A stretch of DNA of 64,000 bases, taken from the NCBI GenBank assembly GCA_963717135.1, contig CAVQVN010000005.1, forward strand, positions 126,779-190,778, written 5' to 3'. Shown in pieces: positions 34,581 to 44,265 of this stretch. The notes beneath the pieces were generated by a model. The model did not search any database, was not told where the DNA came from, and saw only the letters and a program-made list of their open reading frames with translations. This stretch comes from an uncultured Actinomycetota bacterium (GTDB taxonomy: Bacteria > Actinomycetota > Acidimicrobiia > Spongiisociales > UBA4744). The first letter of the stretch is position 1; each line of letters starts with the position of its first letter. A program made the position numbers and the translations under genes.

Positions 34581-35816
34581 GTGGACGACGCAGATGTCGT
34601 GGTCATCGGAGGGGGCATCATCGGCTCTGCCATCGCCTACCAGCTCGCCACCCGGCATATCGGCCGAATTATCGTGGTAGAGCGAGCTGCCGGACCCGGA
34701 GAAGGGTCCACCGGGACCTCTTCGTCAATCGTCCGCACGTTGTACACCAGGCCGGAGACCGTACGCCTCGCCTTACACGGCCAGAACGCCTACCGCGATT
34801 GGGCGGAGTTCACAGGGATTGAAGAACCCCGGTCCCGTTTCAATTCGGCCGGCATGCTCTGGATGATGGGGTACAGCAAATCTGAAGCGGCTGCTGCTCG
34901 AGATCGAGTGCACAGCCAAGGAGGCCGCGTCGAAGTGCTCGACGCCGCCGGCGTACGAGCCCGTTTCCCTGCCCTTTCGACGTGCGGCGCGCCGTTCGAT
35001 CTGACCGGACGTATCCCGCATGAATGCGGCGAGCTAGAGGTTGCTCTCCTGGAACCCGACGCCGGGTTCGCCGATCCGACCGGCGCTAATCAAGATCTGA
35101 TCGAAGCTGCCCGTCGCGAAGGAGCCGAGGTCCAATTCAGATCCGAGGTACGAGGGGTGCGGACCGATGGAAAGAAGGTTTCGGGCCTCGATCTCGCCGA
35201 TGGCCGGACCATCCGCACACCACTCATCGTGAACGCTGCCGGCCCATGGTGCAATCGCCTCAACGACATGGCGGGCGTTCGACTCGGGTGGACGATCAGC
35301 CCGACCCGAGTTCAGGTCGCCTATCGCCTCCGGCCTGCCGAGATCCCGGGACCTATCCCCGTGGTGGCCGACTCGGCAAGCGGGATCTACTTCCGGCCCG
35401 AGGCGTCCGGACGTCGAATTCTGTTTGGTTCGGTCCTCGCCGAGGACGAAAAGGAGCGAGTCGACCCCGACCACTTCAAGAAGGGAGCCGACGCCCCGTT
35501 TCTCGACTCCAAGATCCACGCTCTCCACCATCGGATCCCCGACCTTCCACATCGGGGATCCGTCACAGGCATTGCCGGCCTTTACGCTATCAACGAAGAG
35601 GACGTCCATCCGGTGTTGGGACCGACCGCCCTCGAGGGATGGTGGGTCGCCAACGGCTTCAGCGGCCACGGATTCAAACTCGCTCCAATGATCGGCTCGA
35701 TGATCGCGCAGTCCATAACCGGTATCACTCGACCTTTCGACACCGACGTCCCGATGCATTTCTTGGGAGTTGATCGGGCACCGCTGGTCGTCCGCGAGAA
35801 GACCGTCCTGGCATAA
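34581..35816 (+). CDS. FAD-dependent oxidoreductase (DAO / sarcosine-oxidase-beta-like)
   Basis: DVVVIGGGIIGSAIAYQLA dinucleotide fold with DAO-like body. GTG start. Confidence 0.85.
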   Translation: MDDADVVVIGGGIIGSAIAYQLATRHIGRIIVVERAAGPGEGSTGTSSSIVRTLYTRPETVRLALHGQNAYRDWAEFTGIEEPRSRFNSAGMLWMMGYSKSEAAAARDRVHSQGGRVEVLDAAGVRARFPALSTCGAPFDLTGRIPHECGELEVALLEPDAGFADPTGANQDLIEAARREGAEVQFRSEVRGVRTDGKKVSGLDLADGRTIRTPLIVNAAGPWCNRLNDMAGVRLGWTISPTRVQVAYRLRPAEIPGPIPVVADSASGIYFRPEASGRRILFGSVLAEDEKERVDPDHFKKGADAPFLDSKIHALHHRIPDLPHRGSVTGIAGLYAINEEDVHPVLGPTALEGWWVANGFSGHGFKLAPMIGSMIAQSITGITRPFDTDVPMHFLGVDRAPLVVREKTVLA

Positions 35817-35822
35817 GAGGGT

Positions 35823-36698
35823 TTGATGCGGTACCTCGGCCCCGACGACCTGCGAGCGGTCCTGCCGATGACGGCCGCCATAGAGACGATGGTCACTGCG
35901 TTCGGCGATGATCGGGAGGTGCCGGCTCGTGTCCAGATCCGATCATCCCTGTTCATGCCGGGCAGGGTGGGTGAGATAACCGGTGTCAAGGTGGTATCTA
36001 CGGCCCCGGGGAGTCCTAGCGGTATCGTCGTGGTCTTCGACGGATCCGGCCGCCCTATCGGTCTGGTCGATGGACCGACCTTGACCGCCATTCGCACCGG
36101 GGCCGGGGCGGGTCTCGCCACCCGGCTGCTGGCTCGACCGGAGGCCCACACCATGGCAATGCTGGGGTGCGGATCTATGGCTGCCGATCAAGTGGCAGCG
36201 GTTCGGGACGTGCGCACCATCGAGCGGATCTTGGTCTGGAGCCGGGATTCGGCTCGGGCCGAGGCTTTTGCCGCGCAGATTGGTGGCGTGACGGTCGACG
36301 ACCCCGCTTCGGCGGTGTCGGCAGCAGACATCGTCACCACCGCGACGCCGGCCCTCCAGCCTCTCTTTGCGGATACGGCCGTTCAGCCGGGAACCCACAT
36401 CAATGCGATCGGCTCATTCACACCGCACATGGTCGAGATTCCCCATGAGACCGTCCGCAGGGCGTTCGTGGTCGTGGACGACATGGCGGCGGCAGCCCGC
36501 GAGGCGGGCGACCTCATTCAGGCGGCGCGAAAACCCGACGCTACCCTGGGAGATCTTCTCACCGGTCGGATAGGTTCTTCAGCAGCCCAGGTGACGCTGT
36601 TCAAATCGGTCGGAATCGCCTCCCAGGATGTGGCGGCGGCGGCGGCCGCCCTGGCCCGGGCAGCGGAGATTGGCATCGGCGTCGACCTCACCTCTTGA
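35823..36698 (+). CDS. ornithine cyclodeaminase / mu-crystallin family protein
   Basis: 291 aa. Pattern GVKVVS...PTLTAIRTGAGAGLATRLLA...MLGCGSMA. Confidence 0.8.
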   Translation: MMRYLGPDDLRAVLPMTAAIETMVTAFGDDREVPARVQIRSSLFMPGRVGEITGVKVVSTAPGSPSGIVVVFDGSGRPIGLVDGPTLTAIRTGAGAGLATRLLARPEAHTMAMLGCGSMAADQVAAVRDVRTIERILVWSRDSARAEAFAAQIGGVTVDDPASAVSAADIVTTATPALQPLFADTAVQPGTHINAIGSFTPHMVEIPHETVRRAFVVVDDMAAAAREAGDLIQAARKPDATLGDLLTGRIGSSAAQVTLFKSVGIASQDVAAAAAALARAAEIGIGVDLTS

Positions 36699-36746
36699 CC
36701 GCTACGGGTGGTTTCCCGGTCTGAAGGTCAACTAGCCTATAAAAGA

Positions 36747-38225
36747 ATGCCCGATCACTACTACGAGCGACTCACGTTCCTCGACGGATCGTTTCTGGCC
36801 CTCGAGTCCCCCACGACCCATATGCACGTCGCGGGTGCTGCTCTGTTCGAGGCCGGGCCCCTATCCAATTCCGATGGTGGCATTGACATCGGGAAGATCC
36901 GGACCTTCATAGAGTCCAAACTTCAGTACGTGCCGAGATACCGCCAGCACCTCGCCGAGGTACCTATCGAGAAGAACCCGGTCTGGGTTGACGACGAACA
37001 TTTCGACCTCGACTACCACGTACGCCATCTGAGCCTTCCGAAGCCGGGCAGCGAAGCCCAGCTGAGTTTGATGATGGGACGGATTCTGTCCCAACAGCTG
37101 AACCGGGCCAAACCGTTGTGGGAACTCTGGGTGGTTGAAGGCATCGAAGGAGACCGGTTCGCTCTCGTCTTCAAGATCCACCACTGCATGATCGACGGCC
37201 TCTCCGGCGTCGACCTGATGGCGGTGTTGCTCAACTTCATCCCCACCGATGAGATCGAACCCATCAAGCCGTTCGTTCCGCGGCCGGCACCCAGCGCCGC
37301 GGAGTTGGTGGTCGGCGAGTCTGTTAGGCGGGCCCGCCGAGCCTTCCGGGCAGTCCGTGGACTCCCCCACCTGCTCGAGGAAGCTCAGGCGATCGGTTCC
37401 GAGGTCCAACGCCGCGCCAAGGCCGTTTCCTATTCGCTGACTTCGGGCTGGCTGACTCCAGCCTCACGCACCCCCATCAACGAGAAAATCGGACCCAACC
37501 GACGTTTCGAGTGGCTCCAGCTCCCCCTGGCCGACGTCAAGGAGGTTAAGGACCTGGTCGGAGGAACGGTCAACGATGTGGTGCTCACCACCGTGGCCGG
37601 AGCGGTGCGAAGGTTTTTCATCGAGGAGCGGGGGTTCGCCGTCGATGATGTGGAGTTCCGGGTCATGGCTCCGGTCAGTGTCCGTTCCAAAGACCAGCGA
37701 GGACGGCTGGGCAACCAGGTGGCCATGTGGCTCGTGCAGTTGCCGATCGGCGAGCCCGACTCGCTGCGCCGATATGCCATCGTCCAGGACCGCACTCTGC
37801 GCCTGAAGGCCACAGATCAGGCGCTGGGCGCCTCCACCATCGTGCAACTCAGCTCTGGGACGCCGGCCACTTTGCTGGGCATGGCGGCGCGGCGCGCCAC
37901 CCGAATCCGACCCTTCAACATGACGGTCACCAACGTGCCGGGCCCGCAGTTCCCCATGTATTTGCTCGGCTCCAAGCTGCTCGCCCAATACCCGGCGGTC
38001 CCGCTGTGGGCGGGGCACGGCCTGGGGGTCGCCTTATTCAGCTATAACGGCGAGCTGGCTTGGGGGTTGAACGCCGATTGGGACGTGGTTCCCGACGTCG
38101 CAGCCTTCGCGGAGAACGTAAAGGCAGCCTTCGCCGAGTTGCTCCGGGAGGCGCGACGCGCCGCCGGAGTCGACCCACCCAAGAAGAAGACCAAGAAGAA
38201 CTCGGCCAAGAAGTCGAAGAACTAG
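36747..38225 (+). CDS. wax ester synthase / diacylglycerol acyltransferase (WS/DGAT)
   Basis: HHCMIDGLSG active-site motif; NVPGPQFPMYLLG near the C-terminus. ATG 36747 chosen; GTG 36708 is possible. Confidence 0.9.
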   Translation: MPDHYYERLTFLDGSFLALESPTTHMHVAGAALFEAGPLSNSDGGIDIGKIRTFIESKLQYVPRYRQHLAEVPIEKNPVWVDDEHFDLDYHVRHLSLPKPGSEAQLSLMMGRILSQQLNRAKPLWELWVVEGIEGDRFALVFKIHHCMIDGLSGVDLMAVLLNFIPTDEIEPIKPFVPRPAPSAAELVVGESVRRARRAFRAVRGLPHLLEEAQAIGSEVQRRAKAVSYSLTSGWLTPASRTPINEKIGPNRRFEWLQLPLADVKEVKDLVGGTVNDVVLTTVAGAVRRFFIEERGFAVDDVEFRVMAPVSVRSKDQRGRLGNQVAMWLVQLPIGEPDSLRRYAIVQDRTLRLKATDQALGASTIVQLSSGTPATLLGMAARRATRIRPFNMTVTNVPGPQFPMYLLGSKLLAQYPAVPLWAGHGLGVALFSYNGELAWGLNADWDVVPDVAAFAENVKAAFAELLREARRAAGVDPPKKKTKKNSAKKSKN

Positions 38226-38423
38226 TGGTCTGTCGATGAAACGGTGCCGCGATGTCGGCGGGTCATTCGGCGTACCCGGCAAGGACGCAGGACCAAGGCG
38301 CCCCCGGTGCGTCCAGGACGGTGATCCAGCCAGAGGTGGCGAGGGCCATCGAAAGCGCGCAGGTATTGTTGCGACGGTCTACTAGAACTCCACCTGCAGA
38401 CACGATCAAGTCCTACCTCTACA

Positions 38424-39335
38424 GTGTCTCCGGTGATTCGTGTCATCGCCCTCCTGGGCGTCTTCGCCATTAGCTTCACCGCCATCCTGATTCGACTCGC
38501 CGATGTGAGCCCCCTCACGGCAGGCTTCTTCCGGGCGGCCTACGCCCTCCCGATTCTGACGGTGATGTGGCTCATGACCAGACGGTCTGACCGCCGTCCG
38601 GCCGGCGACCGCCGGTTGGGTTTCGCGGCGGGTTTACTGCTGGCGGTTGACTTGTGGATGTTTCATTCGGCGATCGCTGCCATCGGAGCGGGACTGGGGA
38701 CTCTCCTGGCCAACATCCAGGTGGTGTTCGTCGCGCTGGCTGCCTGGGCGGTGCACGACGAGCGTCCCAGCGCGACTGCTTTTGTGGCGATTCCGGTCGT
38801 CTTCACGGGCGTGGCGTTGTTGTCCGGGTTGGGGCGCGTCGACACGTACGGCAATGATCCCGTCGCCGGGGTCATCCTGGGGGCTACGTCGGGCCTCGCC
38901 TATGCCGCCTTCATCCTCACCTTCCGGGCGGCCAATCGAGCTCGAAGTTCCGCAATTGGCACCCTGCTGGACACCACCGCCGGCACGGCCCTCGGCACTG
39001 CCGTTGCCGGTCTGGCAACCGGAACAATCGATCTCGGTTTTGCCTGGCCGGCCCATCGGTGGTTGCTGATTCTGGCCGTCGTCGCCCAGGTGTTCGGGTG
39101 GCTCATGATCGGTTACGCCCTTCCCCGGCTGCCGGCGCTCACCACCTCTGTCTTGATCATGGTGCAACCCATCGGCGCGCTCATTTGGGGGCGTCTGATC
39201 TTCGCCGAACGGTTATCGGCTCTGCAGGGAGCCGGCGTGGCTCTGGTTCTACTCGGGGTCACCGCCATCAATGTTTGGGGCAGCGTCAAACCGGCGGCGG
39301 CGATGCCTTACCGCCGTGGCAAACCGGCCACCTAG
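38424..39335 (+). CDS. DMT-superfamily (EamA-like) transporter
   Basis: 303 aa with about 10 TM helices and two EamA-like halves. Confidence 0.8.
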   Translation: MSPVIRVIALLGVFAISFTAILIRLADVSPLTAGFFRAAYALPILTVMWLMTRRSDRRPAGDRRLGFAAGLLLAVDLWMFHSAIAAIGAGLGTLLANIQVVFVALAAWAVHDERPSATAFVAIPVVFTGVALLSGLGRVDTYGNDPVAGVILGATSGLAYAAFILTFRAANRARSSAIGTLLDTTAGTALGTAVAGLATGTIDLGFAWPAHRWLLILAVVAQVFGWLMIGYALPRLPALTTSVLIMVQPIGALIWGRLIFAERLSALQGAGVALVLLGVTAINVWGSVKPAAAMPYRRGKPAT

Positions 39336-39361
39336 TGCTGCCCCGGACATATGCTTGAGCG

Positions 39362-40372
39362 GTGACACCCGCCGAAATGAATGCCGTAGTGATGCGCACT
39401 CCGGGTGATCCCGATGTTTTGCGCGCTACTCGCGTCCCGGTTCCCCGCCCGGGCGAGGAGCAGGTCTTGCTACGGGTGCACGCCGCCGCCGTTGCCCAGC
39501 CTGTGATCCGGTCGGGCAAAACGCCGGCAGTCATCCCCACCTTGCCGGGTTCGGAGGCCTCCGGTGAGGTAATCCTGGTGGGCCGGGGAGTAACCCGTTG
39601 GTCCCGTGGTCACCGGGTGGTCGCCGTCGGTGATTCGATCAGCAGAAATCAGCCCGGCACTTATGCGGATTATCTGATGGTCTCCTCCAAGGACTTACAT
39701 GCGATCCCCGACAACGTGTCGTTCCTCGGCGCCGTCAGCGTCGGGAGGGCCTTCGCCACAGCCTGGTCGGCGCTCATCGAAGATGGTCGGCTCGGCATGA
39801 ACGAACGGGCGGTGGTGATCGGTGCCGCTCACCCGATTGGTATCGCGGCCGTCCAGATCTGCCGCTGGAGAGATAGCCCGGTTATAGCCGTGGCGAACGG
39901 TCGCCATGCTCCCCGATTGGGAGCACTGGGAGCAACCCGCACGATCTCTCGGTCGGCCCCGGACCTCGCCGGTCATGTCATCGCCGGGCTCGGGGCGCGA
40001 CCGGCCAACGTCGTATTGAACGTCACCGGGGAAAAGCTGTCCGAGTCGCTGCAGATGTTGCATCGCCACGGACGGCTGGTTCTCACCAGCGGTGGCCATC
40101 CGCAACCGCTTGACCTGAACCTGCTCGTGGATCGAAACGCCCATGTTATGGGCTCATCAGCCCGCGTCGACGAAGCCGACATATCCCACATCCTCAAGCT
40201 TCTCAGTGAGGGAACCTTTATCCCCGTTATAGATTCGATCTTTCCGCTCTCCCAGGCGGCCCGGGCACACCAGCGGACCGAGTCCCCGGGGGTGTTCGGC
40301 GCGGTCCTGCTGATTCCGGACCATCTCTACCAGTCAACTGAGAAGATCACCCAGCTTCGCGAAGAAGGCTGA
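39362..40372 (+). CDS. MDR-family zinc-type alcohol dehydrogenase / quinone oxidoreductase
   Basis: MNAVVMRTPGDPDVLRATRVPVPRPGEEQVLLRVHAAAV..., a typical Qor-like N-terminus. The 3' end overlaps the convergent gene by 39 nt. Confidence 0.8.
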   Translation: MTPAEMNAVVMRTPGDPDVLRATRVPVPRPGEEQVLLRVHAAAVAQPVIRSGKTPAVIPTLPGSEASGEVILVGRGVTRWSRGHRVVAVGDSISRNQPGTYADYLMVSSKDLHAIPDNVSFLGAVSVGRAFATAWSALIEDGRLGMNERAVVIGAAHPIGIAAVQICRWRDSPVIAVANGRHAPRLGALGATRTISRSAPDLAGHVIAGLGARPANVVLNVTGEKLSESLQMLHRHGRLVLTSGGHPQPLDLNLLVDRNAHVMGSSARVDEADISHILKLLSEGTFIPVIDSIFPLSQAARAHQRTESPGVFGAVLLIPDHLYQSTEKITQLREEG

Positions 40373-41062
40373 TCTCGCCAGAACCTCATCGGCCCCCGCT
40401 TGTTGAGCCCGACGAAGACCCGACCGATCGACGTGAGGTCCAAAGGCGATCACCCGAACTCCCCACGCTGTGAGCTGCTCGATGGCCTCGAGTGCCCCCG
40501 ACAGGGTGAGGTCGACCAGCACCAGATCCGGTTTGCGTCCGCCGGCGAGTAGAGAGGCTGTGGCACCGTCGTCCCATACCACGAACTCGGAACCGGACCC
40601 GACCACGAGCGGTTCGACTCGCGATCGATCCATGAGATTGAGAGAACGCAACCCGACCAGGTGAGAACGACCGAGGGCCCTGGCTTTGGCGGCGCCCCAG
40701 GCCAGGTGCGCCATCCATACCTCATCGCCGAGCTCCCGGGAGGAAGCCGGGGCCAGGTCGTAGAGGTCGCCCGGCAATGCCGCCATGGCCGCCGGGTCGC
40801 GGGCAATGGTGCCAATTCCGGCCGCTGCCAAAGCCTCGGTGGGAAACCGCATAGCCTCCTGGAATACCTCTAGCGGTCCGCGTCGCTGCTCGGCAAACGG
40901 AGCAGCCAGCAGCTCATCGAGAGTCTCCAGGAGCCACGAAACTCCTTTCTCCAGCGCATCGTCGAGCGTGTCCGGACGGCTCAACCCCTGCTCCTGAAGG
41001 CGTCCCTCGACGTGCCTCGGGAAGGCTGCGGCGAGAAGTGACGGCAGATCGGTGTTCGACAT
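40334..41062 (-). CDS. hypothetical protein with C-terminal receiver (REC)-like domain
   Basis: Start at ATG 41062 (GGGAGGA upstream). The C-terminus EFVVWDDGATASLL...PDLVLVDLTLSGALEAIEQL...VIAFGPHVD...AGADEVLARS resembles CheY-like DD...D...K topology. The N-terminal ~140 aa is unrecognised. Confidence 0.5.
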   Translation of the reverse strand: MSNTDLPSLLAAAFPRHVEGRLQEQGLSRPDTLDDALEKGVSWLLETLDELLAAPFAEQRRGPLEVFQEAMRFPTEALAAAGIGTIARDPAAMAALPGDLYDLAPASSRELGDEVWMAHLAWGAAKARALGRSHLVGLRSLNLMDRSRVEPLVVGSGSEFVVWDDGATASLLAGGRKPDLVLVDLTLSGALEAIEQLTAWGVRVIAFGPHVDRSGLRRAQQAGADEVLARSAFFAKLGDLLS

Positions 41063-41116
41063 AGAGATCGGTCCTCCCGGTTCTGGCATAGGGTAGAGAA
41101 ACCACCGGCCCGGGCA

Positions 41117-42085
41117 TCAGCCCGAAAACACCTGCACCACCATCAGGCCCAGGGGACCCCGAACAACCCCGATGCCGACCCGGGTGAACTTGGCATCGAG
41201 GATATTGGCTCGATGACCGGGGCTATCCATGAGGCCTTCGTGGACGGTTCGAGAGGTTGCCGCCAGAGCCAGGTTTTCTCCGACGACCCGGAATGGGATG
41301 CCTGCGGCCGCCATGCGGTCGGCCACCGTCCCGGTGACGGCCGAGGTATGGCTGAAATACCCGGCGACGTACATCTCGGTGGCATGGCCGTCCCCAACCG
41401 CGGCGAGCGGCGACGACCAGGCCAAGGGCTCAAGACCCTCCTCAACCCGGGAGCGGTTGACCAGTTCGAAGATATCGTCGGCCGCGGTCTGGTCCGGCCG
41501 CAGGTCTTCGGCATCGGCCGGTGGTAGGGAGAGCGTTGCGTCTTCTTCGAGGATGACTTTCTCGCGTCCAACCAGCTCGTCGAGGTTGAGGAGAGCTTCG
41601 AGCACCCGGTCACCGGCCACGGTGTGGAACATTCGTTGGGGAATCGACTCGGGATCGGTGAGGGCGGAAGCTACGTTGGACTGGTCGATCCGGTCACCGA
41701 CGGCGTCGGGAAGCGGGATCACCACCAGCAGCGACAGCAGCAGCATCGCCACAAACAGCGCCCAGGCCAGCGCTAATCCGCCCCCGAACAGCCGGTTGCT
41801 CAGCACCAATCCGGGCATGGTGAAGACTCTCTGGAGGAAGTGGGCTCCCAGCGACGCTCCCACTCCGATCAGGATGAAGATGGCGATCCCGCCCACCAAC
41901 CGGCCCATCTCCGGAGAGATACCCAGCCAGTCGGCCAGCCCGTCGCCCACCAGGCCGCTGAACCGAAAGGCCAGCGCCAGACCGAGAATCAGGCCTGCCA
42001 GGTCCATTGCTTCGCGCACAAATCCCCGCACCCAGCCCCGTACGAACAAGCCGGCGAAGTAGAGACCAAGCAGGAAGTCGATCAT
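41117..42085 (-). CDS. CvpA-family membrane domain fused to an extracytoplasmic CAP/SCP (YkwD-like) domain
   Basis: N-terminus MIDFLLGLYFAGLFVRGWVRGFVREAMDLAGLILG is CvpA-like with 4 TM helices. C-terminus YFSHTS...GENLA...HEGLMDSPGHRANILDAKFTRVGIGV is CAP-domain-like. Confidence 0.7.
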   Translation of the reverse strand: MIDFLLGLYFAGLFVRGWVRGFVREAMDLAGLILGLALAFRFSGLVGDGLADWLGISPEMGRLVGGIAIFILIGVGASLGAHFLQRVFTMPGLVLSNRLFGGGLALAWALFVAMLLLSLLVVIPLPDAVGDRIDQSNVASALTDPESIPQRMFHTVAGDRVLEALLNLDELVGREKVILEEDATLSLPPADAEDLRPDQTAADDIFELVNRSRVEEGLEPLAWSSPLAAVGDGHATEMYVAGYFSHTSAVTGTVADRMAAAGIPFRVVGENLALAATSRTVHEGLMDSPGHRANILDAKFTRVGIGVVRGPLGLMVVQVFSG

Positions 42086-42087
42086 GA

Positions 42088-42104
42088 GGGAACCTCCGGT
42101 TCCC
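42088..42104 (-). promoter_or_regulatory. hairpin GGGAACC-gga-GGTTCCC sequestering the cvpA-CAP Shine-Dalgarno
   Basis: mRNA sense: GGGAACCGGAGGUUCCCUCAUG. The GGAGG spans the loop and the 3' arm, 7 nt before the AUG. Confidence 0.35.
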
Positions 42105-42216
42105 TAGCTTCGAGCTGCGAGCGGCGAGCCTTCAGCCCCTGGCGGGCAAATACCCGACTCAGCCCCTGATCTGTCTGGTTCGTAGCTGGTTGCTCGTAGC
42201 TCGTAGCTGGTCGCTT
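42105..42216. repeat. heptad-phased spacer, 16 units
   Basis: TAGCTTC GAGCTGC GAGCGGC GAGCCTT ... CTGGTTC GTAGCTG GTTGCTC GTAGCTC GTAGCTG GTCGCTT. The two end blocks are 70 nt apart in the same register. The middle is less regular (TCAGCCCCTG repeated 27 nt apart). Confidence 0.8.
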
Positions 42217-42923
42217 CATTGCACTTCGATGCGGATCCGCTTGTTGGCCTTGCCCTTCGACTCCGTTTTGACGACCCGCACGGTGCCCACTTCGAGTGTC
42301 GACGAGACGTGGGTGCCTCCGTCGGCTTGTTTGTCCAGACCAACGATGTGAACCACGCGAATCGGATCGATGAAATCGGGGAGGAGATTGATCTTGGTCC
42401 TGATCAAGTCCGGATCGGCCAACGCCTCAACACGGGGAAGGAAGAGGATCTCGACCGGGTGATCGGCCTGCAGTTCTTCATTGAGCTTGTCTTCGACCTG
42501 TTGGCCGAACTCAACCGAGATTCCCTCGAGTTCGAAATCCATTCGGGCGGCGCCGGGTTCCATGTTGCCGCCCGTGACCTTGGCGTCGAAGTCCCGCCAA
42601 ATGATGGCTGAGAGCGAGTGCAGGGCTGTGTGCGTGCGCATGAGCAGGTGCCGGCGTTCCCAGTCGATTTCCGCCGTCACCTCGACCCCGACGGGGGGCG
42701 GATCACCCTGGAAAACGTGGAGCAATCTTCCCTGGCGGCGCACCGTGTCGGTGATCTCGACCTGCCCATGGGGCCATCGAATCCATCCGGTGTCGCCGGG
42801 CTGGCCGCCTCCGCGGGGGTAGAACACCGTCTGGGTGAGGATGATGCCGTCTTCGTCCACCCGCTCCACCATCGTGTCGACCGAACGCTGATAGGCGTCC
42901 CGGGCGGCGATTTCGTCGGTCAT
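42216..42923 (-). CDS. AlaX-type alanyl-tRNA editing protein (Thr/Ala-tRNA synthetase second additional domain)
   Basis: 235 aa with HTALHSLSAII (HxxxH) and DGGTHV zinc-site motifs. Confidence 0.8.
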   Translation of the reverse strand: MTDEIAARDAYQRSVDTMVERVDEDGIILTQTVFYPRGGGQPGDTGWIRWPHGQVEITDTVRRQGRLLHVFQGDPPPVGVEVTAEIDWERRHLLMRTHTALHSLSAIIWRDFDAKVTGGNMEPGAARMDFELEGISVEFGQQVEDKLNEELQADHPVEILFLPRVEALADPDLIRTKINLLPDFIDPIRVVHIVGLDKQADGGTHVSSTLEVGTVRVVKTESKGKANKRIRIEVQ

Positions 42924-43029
42924 CTCCTACTCCCGTCTGCCAAGATCCGTGTGCATTTGGCAAGCGTAGACGGCTATGCTGCCGAATCCCCCTTTGGGGG
43001 GTTGGAAGAGCTAACGAGAGGGAAACATC

Positions 43030-44244
43030 ATGAAACGATCGCTAAGAATGCTGGCCGCGGTGGCCGTGTTCGCGATCATCGCGGCCGCTTGCTCCGGTGG
43101 CGGATCAGGCGGGGCGCTCAAGATCGGAACCGACCTGCCGCAAACCGGCGACCTGGCGGTGCTCGGACCGCCGATGGTGGAAGCCGTCAATATGGCCGTC
43201 CGCGATATCAACGAGGGTGGCGGCGTCAACGGTGAAGATGTCGAGTTGTTTGTCGGCGACTCAGGAACGAACGAACAGGTGGCTGCGGAAACGGCCGACC
43301 GGTTGATCAGTTCCGATGAGGTCCACGGCATCATCGGACCGGCCTCGTCACGGATCACCTTGTCGGTGATCGACAAGATCACCGGCGCCGGAATCCCGAT
43401 GTGTTCGCCGTCGAACACCGGTTCGTCACTCACGACCTACGAGTCGGACGTACCCGGGTTCTACTTCCGCACGGCGCCGCCGGACAACCTGCAGGGACCG
43501 GCTCTGGCCGATGTCATCCTGGGCGACGGTCGCAGCAACGTGGCAGTCGTGGCTTTGAATGATGAGTACGGACAGGGGTTTGCGGGCTTTCTCAAGTCCG
43601 CGCTGATTGCAGGCGGTGCCAACATCGCGGTCGACGTGGCGTACGACCCGAACGGCACCGACTTCAGCGCCGATGTCCAGCAGGTGGTTGACGCGGCGCC
43701 AGACGCCGTTGTGTTGATCTCGTTCCCGGACACGGGTACCCGAATCATCACCGGACTGATCGAGAACGGTCTGAGCCCGGCCATCATGTACACCGCAGAC
43801 GGTATGCAGTCCGCCGACGTCATCGGCCAGATCAGCCCCGACGATCCGGCCGGGCTCAACGGCATGAAGGGCACGGCGCCTTCGGCGCAAGGCTCGCAGG
43901 CCTTCACCGATGCCTTCGCTGCGTTCGCACCCGGGGTTGCCACCATCTTCTCGGCCCACGCCTATGACTGCACGATCATCATGGCGCTGGCCGCCGAGTC
44001 GGTTGGCTCGAACGATTCGGCCGAGATCGCCGGAGCCATGGTCGGCGTCACTCAGGGCGGGACCAAGTGCGATACATACGCGTCCTGCAAGGCGCTGCTC
44101 GACGACGATACGGACATCGACTACGACGGCGCTTCCGGTCCCGGTGAATGGGTACCCGAGGGTGAGCCGGCGGCCGGCACCTACGATGTGTGGGAGTTCC
44201 GCGACGGCGAGGTTGTCACGCTCGACATCGTCAACGTCGGATAA
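43030..44244 (+). CDS. ABC transporter substrate-binding lipoprotein (Liv/HAAT type)
   Basis: MKRSLRMLAAVAVFAIIAAAC lipobox with a LivJ-like body (KIGTDLPQTGDLAVLGPPM...). Confidence 0.85.
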   Translation: MKRSLRMLAAVAVFAIIAAACSGGGSGGALKIGTDLPQTGDLAVLGPPMVEAVNMAVRDINEGGGVNGEDVELFVGDSGTNEQVAAETADRLISSDEVHGIIGPASSRITLSVIDKITGAGIPMCSPSNTGSSLTTYESDVPGFYFRTAPPDNLQGPALADVILGDGRSNVAVVALNDEYGQGFAGFLKSALIAGGANIAVDVAYDPNGTDFSADVQQVVDAAPDAVVLISFPDTGTRIITGLIENGLSPAIMYTADGMQSADVIGQISPDDPAGLNGMKGTAPSAQGSQAFTDAFAAFAPGVATIFSAHAYDCTIIMALAAESVGSNDSAEIAGAMVGVTQGGTKCDTYASCKALLDDDTDIDYDGASGPGEWVPEGEPAAGTYDVWEFRDGEVVTLDIVNVG

Positions 44245-44265
44245 GAGAACTCATCCGCCACGAAC

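Noticed and set aside
38226-38423. 198-nt spacer before the EamA transporter gene as an ncRNA or riboswitch
   Set aside because: It contains only one modest hairpin (GGACGCA...TGCGTCC), no motif I recognise and no heptad periodicity.
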